Part shown: one piece after another, positions 10,931-22,900 of the stretch
Position numbering within the stretch: position 1 is the first letter of the stretch
Layout: each line of letters opens with the position of its first letter
From: Camelus ferus
Taxonomy: Eukaryota
DNA: 64,000 nucleotides
Assembly: GCF_009834535.1 (NCBI RefSeq)
Contig: NC_045697.1
Location: 11,472,001-11,536,000, forward strand
Direction of reading: 5' to 3'
Made by a program: the position numbers and the translations under genes
Notes under the pieces: model-generated
Told to the model about the DNA's origin: nothing
Databases searched by the model: none
What the model saw: only the letters and a program-made list of their open reading frames with translations

Positions 10931-11149
10931 AATCGAGCTTCAGGGATCTGTTTTCTGCAGTGGGCTGGAGGAGCCCTCACGAAAAGCCAGCCCTGCCCCC
11001 AGCAACTTCCCCAGTGTGGCTCTTTGATAAACTAGGCATCCACTTGCTCCAGCCTCGTCGACCAGTGTGCTGCTCTGCTCCCAGGGAGGGTTTTGGGTCC
11101 TCTGACTTCTGTCCTACTCTGGTTCCCTATCCTATTTCTGGATCTTAAG

Positions 11150-11340
11150 AGTGAGTTTGCAATCAGAGAAATAAGTCTGAATCCCAGCTCTCATGCTGCA
11201 TGATTTGCGCAGGTAATATAACTTCCCCGACTTTCAGCCTCTCAAATGGGATGATAATGCTCACCTCCCAGAACCATCATGGGAATGAAATAAAATAGAC
11301 GATGTAAAGGAATGCAGGTGCCCATGGGCCACTTATTAAA
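11150..11340 (+). mobile_element. MIR SINE
   Basis: gtctgaatcccagctc...aaatgggatgataatgctcacctccc. Confidence 0.7.
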
Positions 11341-11563
11341 CAATGCCCACTGTGAGCATTCCTTTGTTTGGCTCCTGAGCCTCTCGATATGGGCCACTAC
11401 TTAGGGCTCCATAGTTTTTTATTAAGTAATTTATTGAACATTTATTAATTGGGAAGTCTTCCTAGTGGAAGTGACTTCCAAATTACACCAGAATCATGAG
11501 TTAGACCGAGCCAGATGCAGGATGGTGTGGAGGAGTGGAGAAAGGAGAGCTATATCTTCAGAT

Positions 11564-11613
11564 CACAGTGAGGACAAAGCCCACAGTGAGGACAAAGCCC
11601 ACGGTGAGGACAG
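11564..11613. repeat. 18-bp tandem repeat x2.7 (cacagtgaggacaaagcc)
   Basis: Two identical units at 11564-11581 and 11582-11599 plus a partial third. Confidence 0.95.
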
Positions 11614-12306
11614 CATGAAGGGCTTGTTAACTGAAACAAGTTCCGCGGGGGTGGATGGGGCCCCGGGGGCCTAGAGAGAGCCTGTGGCCAGCCCATGGTC
11701 ACAAGGCCAGCTAATGGGCAAGTGGGCTGAGGTGTCCCTACCCTTTCCCAAGTCTGTTAAGCTCTTTGTTTTTCTGGGTACCTCTCTTCCCCCCGCCCCT
11801 CCATTTCCTGGTGTTCTTGTTATGAGTCCAGCAGAATCTGGCTGTGTGACTTTGGGCAAGTTGTTTCTTTGTCCATGCCTACACTTCCTTGCCTACTGTG
11901 GAAGGATCAACAATCACCCTATTTGTAAAAGTATTCTGGAAAACATAAAGAGAGTAACCCCATGGCAAGTGGGACCAGGGTCAATAACGTATGGAGAGAG
12001 GCTGAGAAGGCTGGAGGCTAAATGTCTCTGGCGGCGGGAAGAAGGACCATGGAATCCTCTGTCTACTAACCGTTTCCAAAGGTCCAAAAAGACCTCTCAG
12101 CCATTGCCCCAGACCCTTCTGACTCTCCGGAGTCACTTCAATTAATTCTCAAATGCTATGAGAAGGTCTAGTGCCTTTGCAATCAGGCAAACTGGAGGTG
12201 AAACCCCAACCATGGAGAGCCAATGTCAAGTTACTTAACCTCTGAGAAGTTTCCCCATATGTATGAGATGATACACTCACCTGGCAATGTTGTTAAGACT
12301 AAATGA

Positions 12307-12685
12307 TCAGATTTGTGGTTACCAGAGGCCAGGGGTGGAAGGAGGAGGAATTAGATGAAGGCAGTCAAAAGGTACAAATTTCCGGGTATAAATAAGATAA
12401 ATAAGCACTAGGGATGTAATGTACAATGTGATGAATATAATTAACACTGCCGTGTGCCATATATGAAAGTTGTTAAGAGAGTGAATCTTGACTTCTCATC
12501 ACAAAAACAAACTTTTTCTATTTCTTTAATTTGGTATCCATATAAGATGATGGCTATTTACTAAACTTGTTATACTAATCTTTTCATGATGTATGTAAGT
12601 CAAACCATTATGCTGTACATTTTAAACCTATCCAGTGCTGTATGTCAATTATATCTCAATAAAACTCAAAGAAAAAAATTAAAAG
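12307..12685 (+). mobile_element. Laurasiatherian L1 3'UTR (L1MA9/L1_Carn7-like) inserted in a MIR
   Basis: gatgaaggcagtcaaaaggtacaaa...gggatgtaatgtacaa...tgtcaattatatctcaataaaac plus A tail; MIR halves on both sides (approx. 12170-12306 and 12690-12752). Confidence 0.85.
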
Positions 12686-12830
12686 AACACCAAATTAAAT
12701 GCAATAAACTATTTAAAGTGTCCAACATATAGCAGGCACTAAATAAATATTAAGCCCCTTGTTCTTGGTTCCACAAGCAACTGGGCCAAAGAAAATCACT
12801 CAAAAAACACAATGCCACACTTGGTGTCAA

Positions 12831-12929
12831 CTCTTTTTTTTTCTTTTTTTTTTCTCTCTTCTTTTTTATTGACATATAATGGACATGTAGCACTGTCTAA
12901 GTGTACAGCGTAATGGTTTGACTTACATA
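12831..12929 (-). mobile_element. Short L1 3' terminus, same family as 12307-12685
   Basis: Poly-T then ttattgacatataatggacatgtagcactgt...aatggtttgacttacata; TSD core tggtgtcaa at 12822-12830 and 12930-12938. Confidence 0.85.
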
Positions 12930-13009
12930 TGGTGTCAATTTTAGGTCCACTTTTTCCATCATCTCCCCTAATCAGTTCCACCACCGCCACCCCCATTTAC
13001 CATAATATC

Positions 13010-13560
13010 CAGTGTAGATGTTCCACTTAGCCTTTTGGTTTAGAAGGACAGAGTTTTGCTCAGCTCAACTTGAGAAAAGAAAGGCATATAAAAGGGTACA
13101 TGTAGAGATTTAAAAAACAAACAAAACAAAACAGGAACCTTGACTGCTTAACCTGGCACCATGAGAAGTCAGAAGGCTTCATGGACACAGGAACACAGTT
13201 TGGAAAAATGAGTATCTGCTCTGAATCCAAAGATGCTTTGGCTCCAACATGCCTGGTCAGCAGAGTTCACTGTTCACCCCTTAGATCTCATGGATTATTA
13301 TAACTTGGTTTACCTTCTTGGTCTCTTCTCTCTGAATGTCTTTGGACATTATCTTGCTGCCAGTTGGCCGACTCTCTCTGTCTCAAGTTCTAACTGCTCT
13401 AGAGAGAAATGTGATTAGCCCCATTAGCGATTGTAGTCTGTTGGACCCAGCTTTCAGTCCAAACCATCTGACAAGCCACTCTCTAGCCTAGAGATTGTCT
13501 ACACTTGAGATCACTGCCCAATCCAAAATACTGGGGCCAGGGGACTAGAGTCACACGGTC
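13010..13560 (-). mobile_element. Old MaLR LTR (MLT1M/N/O-like)
   Basis: gagagaaatgtgattagccc...tggggccagggactagagtcacacgg; degenerate. Confidence 0.4.
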
Positions 13561-13561
13561 T

Positions 13562-13720
13562 CATGCTAACCAACTCATCATAGTTTGCCTGTAACTTTCC
13601 TGATTTGGGCATCAAAAGTCCTGCATCCCAGGAAAACCTTCAGCCATGGTATTAGAATGAAATGTCCCATATCCTGGGAACCCCCTCAGTCCCAGGCAAC
13701 CTGCGACAGTTGGTCACCCT
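13562..13720 (+). mobile_element. MER94 (hAT-Blackjack) with an internal duplication
   Basis: Ends cctcagtcccaggcaacctgcgacagttggtcaccct; the central aagtcc...gggaacccctcag segment occurs twice. Confidence 0.75.
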
Positions 13721-14320
13721 CTGTGGTCCCAAGACAGGAATTTCTGCTGAGGAGGTGTGGCTGAGGCATGACTGCACACATAATAAGGATCAAGAACCCA
13801 CATATTTAAGGATCCCTTATAGGGTCAAGTTGCCTGCCAGAATCTTTCTAACATCAGAGAGCTTATCTGTCTCAAGAACCATTCATTGGCAGGGGGAGAT
13901 TTGACTGATTTCTATTAAAACAATGATTAAAAGAAATATTCTGAAATCAAAAGTCTCTCTGACCTAGCAATTTGGAAGTTTTAATCTTTTAAATTTTTAT
14001 TCTGTTTCAACTTTCTAAGCTCATGACCAAAATACTACACTTCGGTACAAATCAAATATGATATTCTGGCTCAAAAGGAAATGGGTTGATAAATTTAATA
14101 AAGGCTGAAAGCAGATTTATGGTATAAGGGACCCACAGGCACAGTCAAGGTCCTGCAGACTGTGAAAAGTTGTGTGTGTGCTGATGGCCATTATCATTCT
14201 TTCATTCATGCCTTAAACCAACATTTAGCAGGAAAATTTATTGGGTAATCACCACATATTAAGCTACCAGGGTTAGCCAAACCGTGAGATTTGAAGGAGG
14301 ATAAGTCCACCTAAGTCTTC

Positions 14321-14370
14321 TTTTTTTTTTATAGGTTATTACAAGCTATTGAGTATATTTTCCTATTTTA

Positions 14371-14424
<54 letters not shown>

Positions 14425-16632
14425 GGATCCTGTTGTTTATCTATTTTATATACAGTAGTTTGTATCTGCTATTCCCAAACTCCTAATTTATCCCTCCTCC
14501 ACCCCCTTTCCCTGCTGGTAACTATAAGTTTGTTTTCTATGTCTATGAGTCTCTTTCTGTTTTGTAAATAAGTTCATTTGTCTCATATTTTTAGATTCCA
14601 CATATAAGTGATATCATATGGTATTTTTCTTTCTCTTTCTAGCTTACTTCTTTTAAAATGAAAATCTCCAGGTCCATCCATGCTGCTACAACTGGCATTA
14701 TTTCACTCTTTTTTATGACTGAGTAGTATTCCATTGTATAAACATATCACATCATTTTTATCCAGTCATCTGTCGATGGACATTTAGGTTGCTTCTATGT
14801 CTTGGTTACTGTAAATAGTACTGCTATGAACATTGGTGTGTATGTATCATTTCAAACTAGAGTTTTCTCCAGATATATGCGCAGGAGTGGGATTGTTGGA
14901 TCATATGATAACTCTATTTTTAATTTTTTAAAGAACCTCTGTACTGTTTTCCATAGTGGCTGCACCAATTTACATTCCAACCAACAGTGTAAGAGGGTTC
15001 TCTTCTCTCCACATCCTCTCTAGCATTTATCATTTGTGGACTTTTTAATGATGGCCATTCTGACCAGTGTTAGAAGATACTTCATTATAGTTTTGACTTG
15101 CATTTTTCTGATAATTAGCAATACTGAGCATCTTTTCATGTGCTCGTTGACTATCTGTGTATCTTCTTTGGAGAAATGTCTGTTTAGGTCTTCTGCCCAT
15201 TTTTTGATTGGGTTGTTTCTTTTTCTTTTGTTATTAAGTTATATAAGCTGTTTATATATTTTGGAAATTAAGCTCTTGTCAGTTGCATCATTTTGCAAAC
15301 ATTTTCTCCCTGTCTGGAGGCTATCTTTTCATTTTGTTTATGCTTTCCTCTGTTGTGCAAAAGCTTGTAAGTTTGATTAGGTCCCATTTGTTTATTTTTG
15401 CTTTTATTTCTATGACCTTAGTAGACTGCTCTAGGAGAACCATTGCTAAGATTTATGTCAGAGAATGCTTTGCCTATATTCCTTTTTAGGAGGTTTATGG
15501 TGTCCTGTCTTACACCTAAGTCTTTAAGCCATTTGGGGTTTATTTCGGTGTATGGTATGGGGAAGTGTTCTAACTTCACTGATTTATGTGTGGCTGTCCA
15601 GCTTTCCCAACACCACTTGCTGAAGAGACTGTCCTTTCTCCATTGTATATTCTTGCCTCCGTTATTGAAGATTAATTGACTTCATAGGAATGTAAGTTTA
15701 TTTCTGGGTACTGTGTTTGGTTCCATGATACATGTGTTTGGTTTTGTGTCAATACCATGCTGTTTTGATTACTGTAGTTTTGTAATATTGTTTGAAGTCT
15801 GGAAGAGTTATGCCTTTAGCTTCATTCTTTTTCTTCAGTACTGCTTTGGCAATTCTGGGTCTTTTCTGATTCCATATAAATTTTAGGATTATTCATTCTA
15901 GTTCTCTGAAAAATGTCCTGGGTAATTTGATAGGGATCACATTAAATCTGTAGATTGCTTTGGATAGTATGACCATTTTAACAATATTAATTCTTCCAAT
16001 CTAAGAGTGTGGGATATCTTCCTATTTCTTTAATCATCTTCAATTTCTTTTATTAGAGTTTTATTGTTTTCAGTATATAAGTCTTTCACCTCCTTGGTTA
16101 GGTTTATTCCTAAGTTGTTTTTTTGTTTTTGATTTTGTTTTTTTTGTTTGTTTGTTTTGTTTCTGTTTTTTTGATGTGATTGTAAAAAGAAATGTTTTTA
16201 CTTTCCTTTTCTGATATTTCATTATTAGTGTAAAGAAATGCAGCAGATTTTTGTATGTTAATCTTGTATTTTGCTACCTTATTGAATTTGTTTATCAATT
16301 CTAGTAGTTTTGTGTGGAGTCCTTACAATTTTCTGTGTATAGTGTCATATCATCAGCATATAGTGACAGTTTTTCCTCTTTCTTTCTAATTTGGGAAACT
16401 TTTATTTCTTTTTCTTGTCTGATTACTGTGGCTAGGACTTCCAATATTGTGTTTAACAGAAGTGATGAGAGTAGGCATTCTTGTCTTGCTTCCAGATTTT
16501 AGCAGGAAGGCTTTCAACTTTTCAGCATTGAATATTATGTTTGTTGTGTGTTTGCCATAAATAGCTTTTATTATGTTGAGATATGCTTCCTCTATACCCA
16601 CTTTGGTAAGAGTTTTTATAATAAATGGTTGT
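14321..16632 (-). mobile_element. 5'-truncated camelid/artiodactyl L1 (3'UTR plus degraded ORF2 RT and C-terminal region)
   Basis: Poly-T start and L1 3'UTR; ORF2 remnants INKFNKVAKYKINIQKSAAFLYTNNE (16110-16298) and PFIIKTLTKVGIEEAYLNIIKAIY...[11 protein letters not shown] (16386-16667); multiple stops and frameshifts. Confidence 0.95.
14375..14421. repeat. (TG)n microsatellite, about 23 units, within the L1 3'UTR
   Basis: Directly visible perfect run. Confidence 0.97.
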
Positions 16633-17105
16633 TTCCCAGTGCATATAAAACTTATGTTTATTGACACATCATTGTGTACTGACTATACTTCAATAAAAGT
16701 ATACATATACAAAAAAAGTTATATTTACACTATACTGTAGTCTATTAAGGGTGTAATAGCATTATGACTACAAAAAACCTACCTTAATTCTATAATTATT
16801 GTTTTATTGCTAAATAATGCTAAACTTTGATTCTTCAGCAAGTCATAATCTTTTTTGCAATAATAGCATCAAAGATCACTGATCTCACTCAGATCACCAT
16901 AACAAATATAATAATAATGAAAAGTTTGAAGTATTGTGAAAATTACCAAAATGTGACACAGAGACATGAAGTGAGTAAATGCACTTGGAAAAATGGCATC
17001 TATAGACATGTTTGAAGGAGGCTTGCCATAAATCATCAGTTTGTAAAAAAACGCAGTATCTGTGTAACACAATAAAGTGAAGAACCATAACACGAGGTAT
17101 GCCTG
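16626..17105 (-). mobile_element. Tigger1 internal-deletion derivative (Tigger1a_Art-like), one end missing
   Basis: tttcccagtgcatataaaa...ctgtagtctattaag...aaaatgtgacacagagacatgaagtgag...acgaggtatgcctg followed by TA. Confidence 0.9.
16661..16713 (+). mobile_element. ~50-bp camelid-type L1 3' terminus inserted in Tigger1a
   Basis: ttgacacatcattgtgtactgactatacttcaataaaa plus tail; TSD aaaacttatgttta (16647-16660) / aaaagttatattta (16714-16727). Confidence 0.8.
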
Positions 17106-17107
17106 TA

Positions 17108-17583
17108 ATTTGCTAGAAGTACTCAGAACTCACTGAAAGCTGTTATACTCATAGTTACAGTTTGTTACAGGGAAAAGAAAAGACTCATAGAGTACAGTCT
17201 GGGAAGGTTCAAGGGAAGAGGCTTCCTTTTTTCTGCAGGATTCATTACCCTCCACCACTAAAGTGTGACAAGGCACATTCTTTTTGTCCACCTGGGAAAC
17301 TTACCCAAGGTTTAGTGTCCAGAACTTCTATTGGGACCACATTTCTCAGACATGACTGATTGAGTACTCATATGATTGAACTCAGTCTCTAGCCACCGCC
17401 CCCACCATGGAGGTTGGGCTGATATCACATGGCTTGAGGGGCCCGTCATTATTTACTTCATTAGCATTACAAAGTGCCACTCCCATCACTCAGGAAATTC
17501 CAGGGGCTTAGAGGTTATGTCTCAAGAGCCAAGGACAAAGACCAGACCTCCCTTTGGGTAAGGCCAAAGTCTTTGTTATACAC
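17108..17583 (-). mobile_element. ERVL solo LTR (MER77-like)
   Basis: atttgctagaagtactcagaactcactgaaagctgttatactcatagttacag...aggacaaagaccagacctccctttgggtaagg. Confidence 0.7.
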
Positions 17584-17589
17584 GGCCTT

Positions 17590-17780
17590 GTGATGTACAT
17601 TTTGTATTCATTCTCTTATTTAATCCTTATAAATCTGTAATTATTATTATTATTCCCATCACTTAAGGAGGAAACAAAGGCATAGAGTAATTGGCCTACT
17701 ACTAGATAATAGTGGAGCTGGAATTAGCACTAGTTCTGCTTGACCTCGGAGTCTGAGTTCTTAAACGCTGTATAGTGCAG
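17590..17780 (-). mobile_element. MIR SINE
   Basis: ctcttatttaatcctt...attattcccatc...gaggaaacaaaggcataga...agtggagctggaatt. Confidence 0.7.
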
Positions 17781-17795
17781 CTACCAGCTACCACT

Positions 17796-18283
17796 CTGGT
17801 GATGAAAAGGCCTAGTAGGAAACAGATGGCCCACACATACTTGTTAGTTAAGGAGGTTTTTACAAAGAAATCATTTTAAAAAGTGTAAGCAATAACATGG
17901 GACGGTACAGTACCCTGGTGCTAGCAACAATGGGGAGCTATTACCTCCCCCAGGCCTCAACAGACATGGGGAGCCAGTAATCACTGAATCCCAGAGACAG
18001 GAGATACAGCTATTGGACAGGAGCTGTGGTCTCTGGTAGGGATATGCAGATGCAGCCAATGTACAACCTGCTTGAGGAAGTTGAAGAGCTATGGGGAAAA
18101 CACCCCAGTCTCACTCTCCTTCCTCCCTCAGATTTTCCACCATTGTCTCCCATGGGCTGAAACTACCTGGATACCTAGGACAAGAGATCTATCTCATGGA
18201 TGCAGTCCATACACATTCCTGGAGATCAAGGTGGAAAAGTAGGGAGAGTAGATCTGGAGGGATAAATGGGAAGTATTCTGCAC
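17796..18283 (-). mobile_element. ERVL solo LTR (LTR33-like)
   Basis: ggtacagtaccctggtgctagcaacaatggggagc...gatgcagtccata...ggagagtagatctggagggataaatgggaa. Confidence 0.75.
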
Positions 18284-18299
18284 TCTTCTGCTCTCCACA

Positions 18300-18950
18300 G
18301 ACTCTTAGTATAACAGGACAAAAAAATCATGTAAATGCATAAATGCAACCCAGGGGATGAATATAATCTTTCATAGAGAGAGAGAGGGAGAAATTAAGTG
18401 CAGTGGAAGGACTAATAAATCATCACTAGGAGAGAAACACTTGCACTTACCTTGAAGGATGAATACATCATCTTTTGGGTAAGAGAAGAATCAATAATTT
18501 TTTTGCATCAGCAAAGACACAGAGGTCTGAAACAGTATAGAAAACTGTATATAGTTCACCAGGCTTAGTGTAGACTCTCTAGGGGGAAGCAGCTAGTGAT
18601 GAGGTTGTGAGTTAAACTGGGGCTAGACCATGCAGAGGCTTTCAAGTACCTTATTAAGTAAAGAGTGTTTTGTTTCCCCCTAAGGCAATGGGAAGACAAG
18701 GAATAATTTTATAAGATTTTAATTTAAGAAATCTCCTTCTGGCAGTTAGAAAAATGGATTAGAGAAATATAATTTGGTGGCAGAAGATCTTTTAGGAGGC
18801 CATTCGAATGGTTTAGGTGAGAACCAAGGAAGATGTAGTGTAGGGAAAAGATTTGATAAGACTTCCTAGATGCAGAGGTAGAAAGTGCAAAATACATGAA
18901 GATTACTGGCATGAAGTGGAGCCAGGACCACTTAGGAGGCTGGTGACACA
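18300..18950 (-). mobile_element. L2 LINE fragment
   Basis: gcaaagacacagaggtctgaaacag...taaggcaatgggaagac...aggaggccattcgaatggtttaggtgaga. Confidence 0.6.
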
Positions 18951-19498
18951 ATGAATAAGAAGATCATTGCTAACAGCTTGTGATGATAAACGGTACTTAG
19001 ATAGTTAGACATAAGGCATTCAAAAAGGTAAATGCTTTTCTAGCAACATCACACCATGAGATATTCTTTTCTTATCTCCTGAGAGAGAAGCTTAAAAAGA
19101 GACTCTCGTTAAATGGGTGTTGCATATGGACATTTGAATCTAAATGGCCACAGATTTATAAAATTATAAGACCATTAGAAAGAAAAAAACAATTAGACGA
19201 TGGACCAATAAATAATAAAGAAAAGTTTACTGCAGTGGATGAACTTTTAAACTACATAGAAAATCTTTTGAACTCTCAAGAGTGAACTCTGAGTAGTTTC
19301 AGACTTAAAAATAGAAAAATATCTTTAGTGGTCCTATAAGCACTATAAGGAAGGAAGTTGCCAAATTGACCCAGTTTGGGATTTATTTTGTTAGCAAATT
19401 CTGATCTAGTCCTTAGTATGTGCTTAGCATTATATATCATATTATTATATTATATTATTTATATTTTATTATATCAATCTCTTTTGATCCTCATAAAA

Positions 19499-19545
19499 TG
19501 TTGTTGTTGTTGTTGTTGTTGTTATTATTATTATTATTATTATTA
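19499..19545. repeat. Compound (TTG)n(TTA)n microsatellite
   Basis: Directly visible; gives the poly-C/poly-Y ORF at 19376-19573. Confidence 0.95.
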
Positions 19546-20589
19546 CAGTCTCCATAATATAAAAAGATTTTGATTCTATTTTCTATCCCTTTCCAGGCTG
19601 GTTTGACATGAACAGTGATTCAGTTTTTGTATCACCCAAATATGCCTGTGATAACGAATGAATCAGGACCAAAATCCCCCATTGATCACTGTGAGACCTG
19701 GCTCAAGCTGACATCCACCTAGAAAAAGAAGCATGTCTTGCTATTCATCCACCCAGGAAAGTTGCCTTTTTCCTAATTCACACAAAGGCTGAGATCCAAC
19801 CCAAATTCAAAATCCCGTTGAGACCAAAGCCCTGGCCAGGATGCTGTCCAGTTGACACTAGGATCTCCACAGCCTGTTTTACCCTTTCTTGTCAATCAGG
19901 ACCCTCCATTCCAAATTTCCATGGGTATTAATCTAGTCCCCTGACTCCTGGTTGACCTGCTCTGAATAGACTAATCACCCCAAATCACAAACCTACCTAT
20001 GTTCATATGGTCTCTACTAACCTCTTGAAGCACTTATGTCATTTTAGGAGGTTCCAACATGCTTTTGCTGTAGGATCGGCTTAATAATGAGTGATACATA
20101 TATGAATTAGTCCCCTGGCTCAAGGAAGCTAGATACAGTTGAAGGAATGGAACTTTCCATCAGATATTAATAATCTGAGATCATTGGGTTGATGGGGGAG
20201 TAGGGTGCGATACATGTGAATATACCAACTATCGCCTTACTTTGTCTCCCTCTTCCTGAGTTTGGAAACCTGAAATAGAGCCAGTCCCTAGGAAGCTAAG
20301 AGTCAGACAGTAATTCTTCATAGAACCTGAGGCTTCCCAGGATCATCTTCATAAAGCTTCCTCCTCACCCCACCTCGAACTCAAACCGTATGTCTGCAGC
20401 CCCATCCAGGAAATCTGACCCCTTTCCAGCTAATCCCAAATGTCAGGAATTTTGCTCCTGATAAAAGAATCTCACTCTCTGGTGTTGGTTCTAGGTGTCT
20501 TCTTATCAGACAAATAGGAAGATCAAGACCTTCATCATAGTTGCCTGAGAAATCAGTGGAAAAAATAGTAAAATCAGAACAGCATGTGT

Positions 20590-20802
20590 TTGGAGGTTGA
20601 ACAGAATTGAGTTCAGTGCTAGAATAGCCACTTACTAGCTCTGTGTCCTTGAGCAAGCTATTTCACATCTCTAAGTCTTCATTTCAAAATACGCAATCTT
20701 GAGGGTGCCAGTAAATACCAATGTGTTGTAAAGGTGAGAGTAGGATCCCCTATAAAGAGTGCCTAGTATAGTTCCTGGCAAATATTAAGTAATTAAATAA
20801 TG
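20590..20802 (+). mobile_element. MIR SINE
   Basis: gccacttactagctctgtgtccttgagcaagctatttcacatctctaagtcttcattt. Confidence 0.8.
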
Positions 20803-20979
20803 TTCCTGGAGGAACTGGAAGGATGATCTCTGCTTAGCTTTTTTCCGTATCCAAAAAGAGCTTTCTTTCAGGTGGCAGGAGAGGTGACACTAGAGAGAAT
20901 TCACTGGTGACCTCTTCCATCCAGCACTAGCTTATAAAGGAATAACACAGTTGTATGTGGTTAAAGCATCATTGGCCAT

Positions 20980-21775
20980 TGTGATATTCTAATCTGTAAT
21001 AAGGAATATATATATTTGGTCTTCATCCCATTCCTGGCACAGAGCTCTTCAAATCCTTGGAATTTCCAAAGGAAGGAAAGAGATAAAGGTGTCTTTTGTT
21101 AAGTTAACAAGGTGACTTATGGAAAGCTCCTAGGTAACAATGCAGTCTAGTTGCCAGGGGTACCAATCATGTGATTAGAGGGTTGGAACTTTCAGTCCCA
21201 ACTTCAGATCCCCAAGGAGAAAGGAGGGGCTGGAGGCTTGAGTTCCATTACCAATGGCCAATGACTTAATCAATCATGCCTAAGTAATGAAGACCCCTTA
21301 AAAACCCCAAAAGGACATAATTCAAAGACCTCCAGGTTAGTGAACCAGAACACATCCAGTGCCACCATCCTGGGCCCCAAACTCCATGGAGACAGAAATT
21401 CCTGTATTTGGGACCTTTGGGACCTCACCCTAAGAATCTCTTTACCCAGCTGTTGATTCATATAACTGGTTTTCCTGAGTTCTGTAAGCTGCCCTAGCGA
21501 ATTAATCAAACCCAATGAAGGGGTCAGAGATACCTCTGATTTGTATTCAATTGCTCAGAAGCACAAGTAACAATTTGAACTTGTAACTGGCATGTGAAGT
21601 GGTTGCAGTCTTATGGGACTGAGCCCTTAACCTGTGGAATCTGATGCTATCTCCAGTGAAACAGTGCCCAAATTGAGCTGAACTGTAGGACAGCACAGTG
21701 TAGCTGGTGGCAGGGAATTGTCTGATGTGGGGAAGAAACCCACACATCGGAATTGCTGCTAGCATCAGAATTGTC
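20980..21775 (+). mobile_element. Full-length solo LTR, MER21-like
   Basis: tgtgatatt...ttcctggcacagagctc...aatcatgtgattagagggttggaactttcag...gggactgagcccttaacctgtggaatctgatgct; flanked by gccat (20975-20979 and 21776-21780). Confidence 0.85.
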
Positions 21776-22239
21776 GCCATCAACAAAAATATAAAGAACG
21801 TCTTGGATTCTAAGTTCCTTATGTAGAGTGAATTATCCACCCTTACAAAGTGGAGAAGACCTGCCCCACATGCCTTGGAATTAGGCACTTGAGTTCAGTC
21901 TGGCTCTGTCTTGAGCAGCCATGAGACCAGCCAATCACCTTCCCTCTTGAGCCTCAGTTTCTCCTTCTTCTTTGGAGACAGAAATTACAAGTTTGCAGAG
22001 CAGGCAAACCTTTGCCAGGAACAAATAAGATCATTGACAGGGACACAATATATAACATGGTAGGGGCTCAATATATTGGAATTCTCTTCTCAAAGGAGAC
22101 CAAATTAACACTGCCATCCGTACAAACAACTGTGCACTTATCCATTATTTCTAAAGCTTTTTTATTTTGGTATGTTTGGGGAAAAAGACTTGTTGATATT
22201 TGGACAAGTTAACATGGTTTTTTTGTTTTATGAGCTGCC

Positions 22240-22900
22240 AGTGCTGAACGCTATATCTGTACTTTCATCATGTTTTTATTTGAGATTTTACATAAACTTC
22301 TCTTCTCTGTTGATTTGACCTTTCAAACCCCCATTCTCTGAGCGTTTGTGACAAGATGAGGATATGCAGCGTGATGAAGCTCAGCTTATGCCTTTTTGCA
22401 CTGAGAGGAAAGTGAGTCCAGGCGAATGGCTCCCGTGCCAAAAAAGCCTATTAAAATATTAAATGAGGAGTTACTGACAGGTTTAACTAGCCTCTTGTGG
22501 CAAAGCTCCAAATCTTAACTTAGTAAGGCTTGGTTTTGGCTGTAACAAACCAGCTGTCACAAACTGTGTGAGACCATTAATTACGTATGAAAGCACTGAT
22601 AAATTAACTCCTAATGGCTGGAAAAAATTAAGAGTTTTGTTTGTTTAATGCACCCTCTTCCCTCTTTTACAAGAGTCCCATAAGAAAATGACATTGAATT
22701 AAGTTTGTGGAGGTGTGAAAGTTGAATAAAATGAGCAGTCACAAATGTCTGAGTATAGTTCTCACAACTAAAAGCTGGATGATGTTCCTAAGAGACAGCT
22801 TTCGCAATGGAGCGCCTCTCCCAGCATCTTACATGGCAGTCCTGGGGGACCACTCATGATGGGTCAGGCGGGCTTATAAAAAGGCCTTTTTTGTGCTTTA
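22240..22900. promoter_or_regulatory. Candidate developmental enhancer or weak TATA promoter
   Basis: Repeat-free; NBRE AAAGGTCA (minus strand, 22316-22323), TGACAG 22475-22480, CAGCTGTCA 22551-22559, TAATTA 22578-22583, TTACGTAT 22581-22588, C/EBP-like TTTCGCAAT 22800-22808, GGCGGG then TATAAAAAGG 22875-22884. Confidence 0.45.

Noticed and set aside
14374..16667. Cluster of ORFs on both strands
   Set aside because: Sense and antisense readings of a broken L1 ORF2 plus a TG microsatellite; not a host gene or an intact retroelement
22371..22414. Box C (GTGATGA) followed by box D (CTGA)
   Set aside because: Far too short for a C/D snoRNA and no terminal stem
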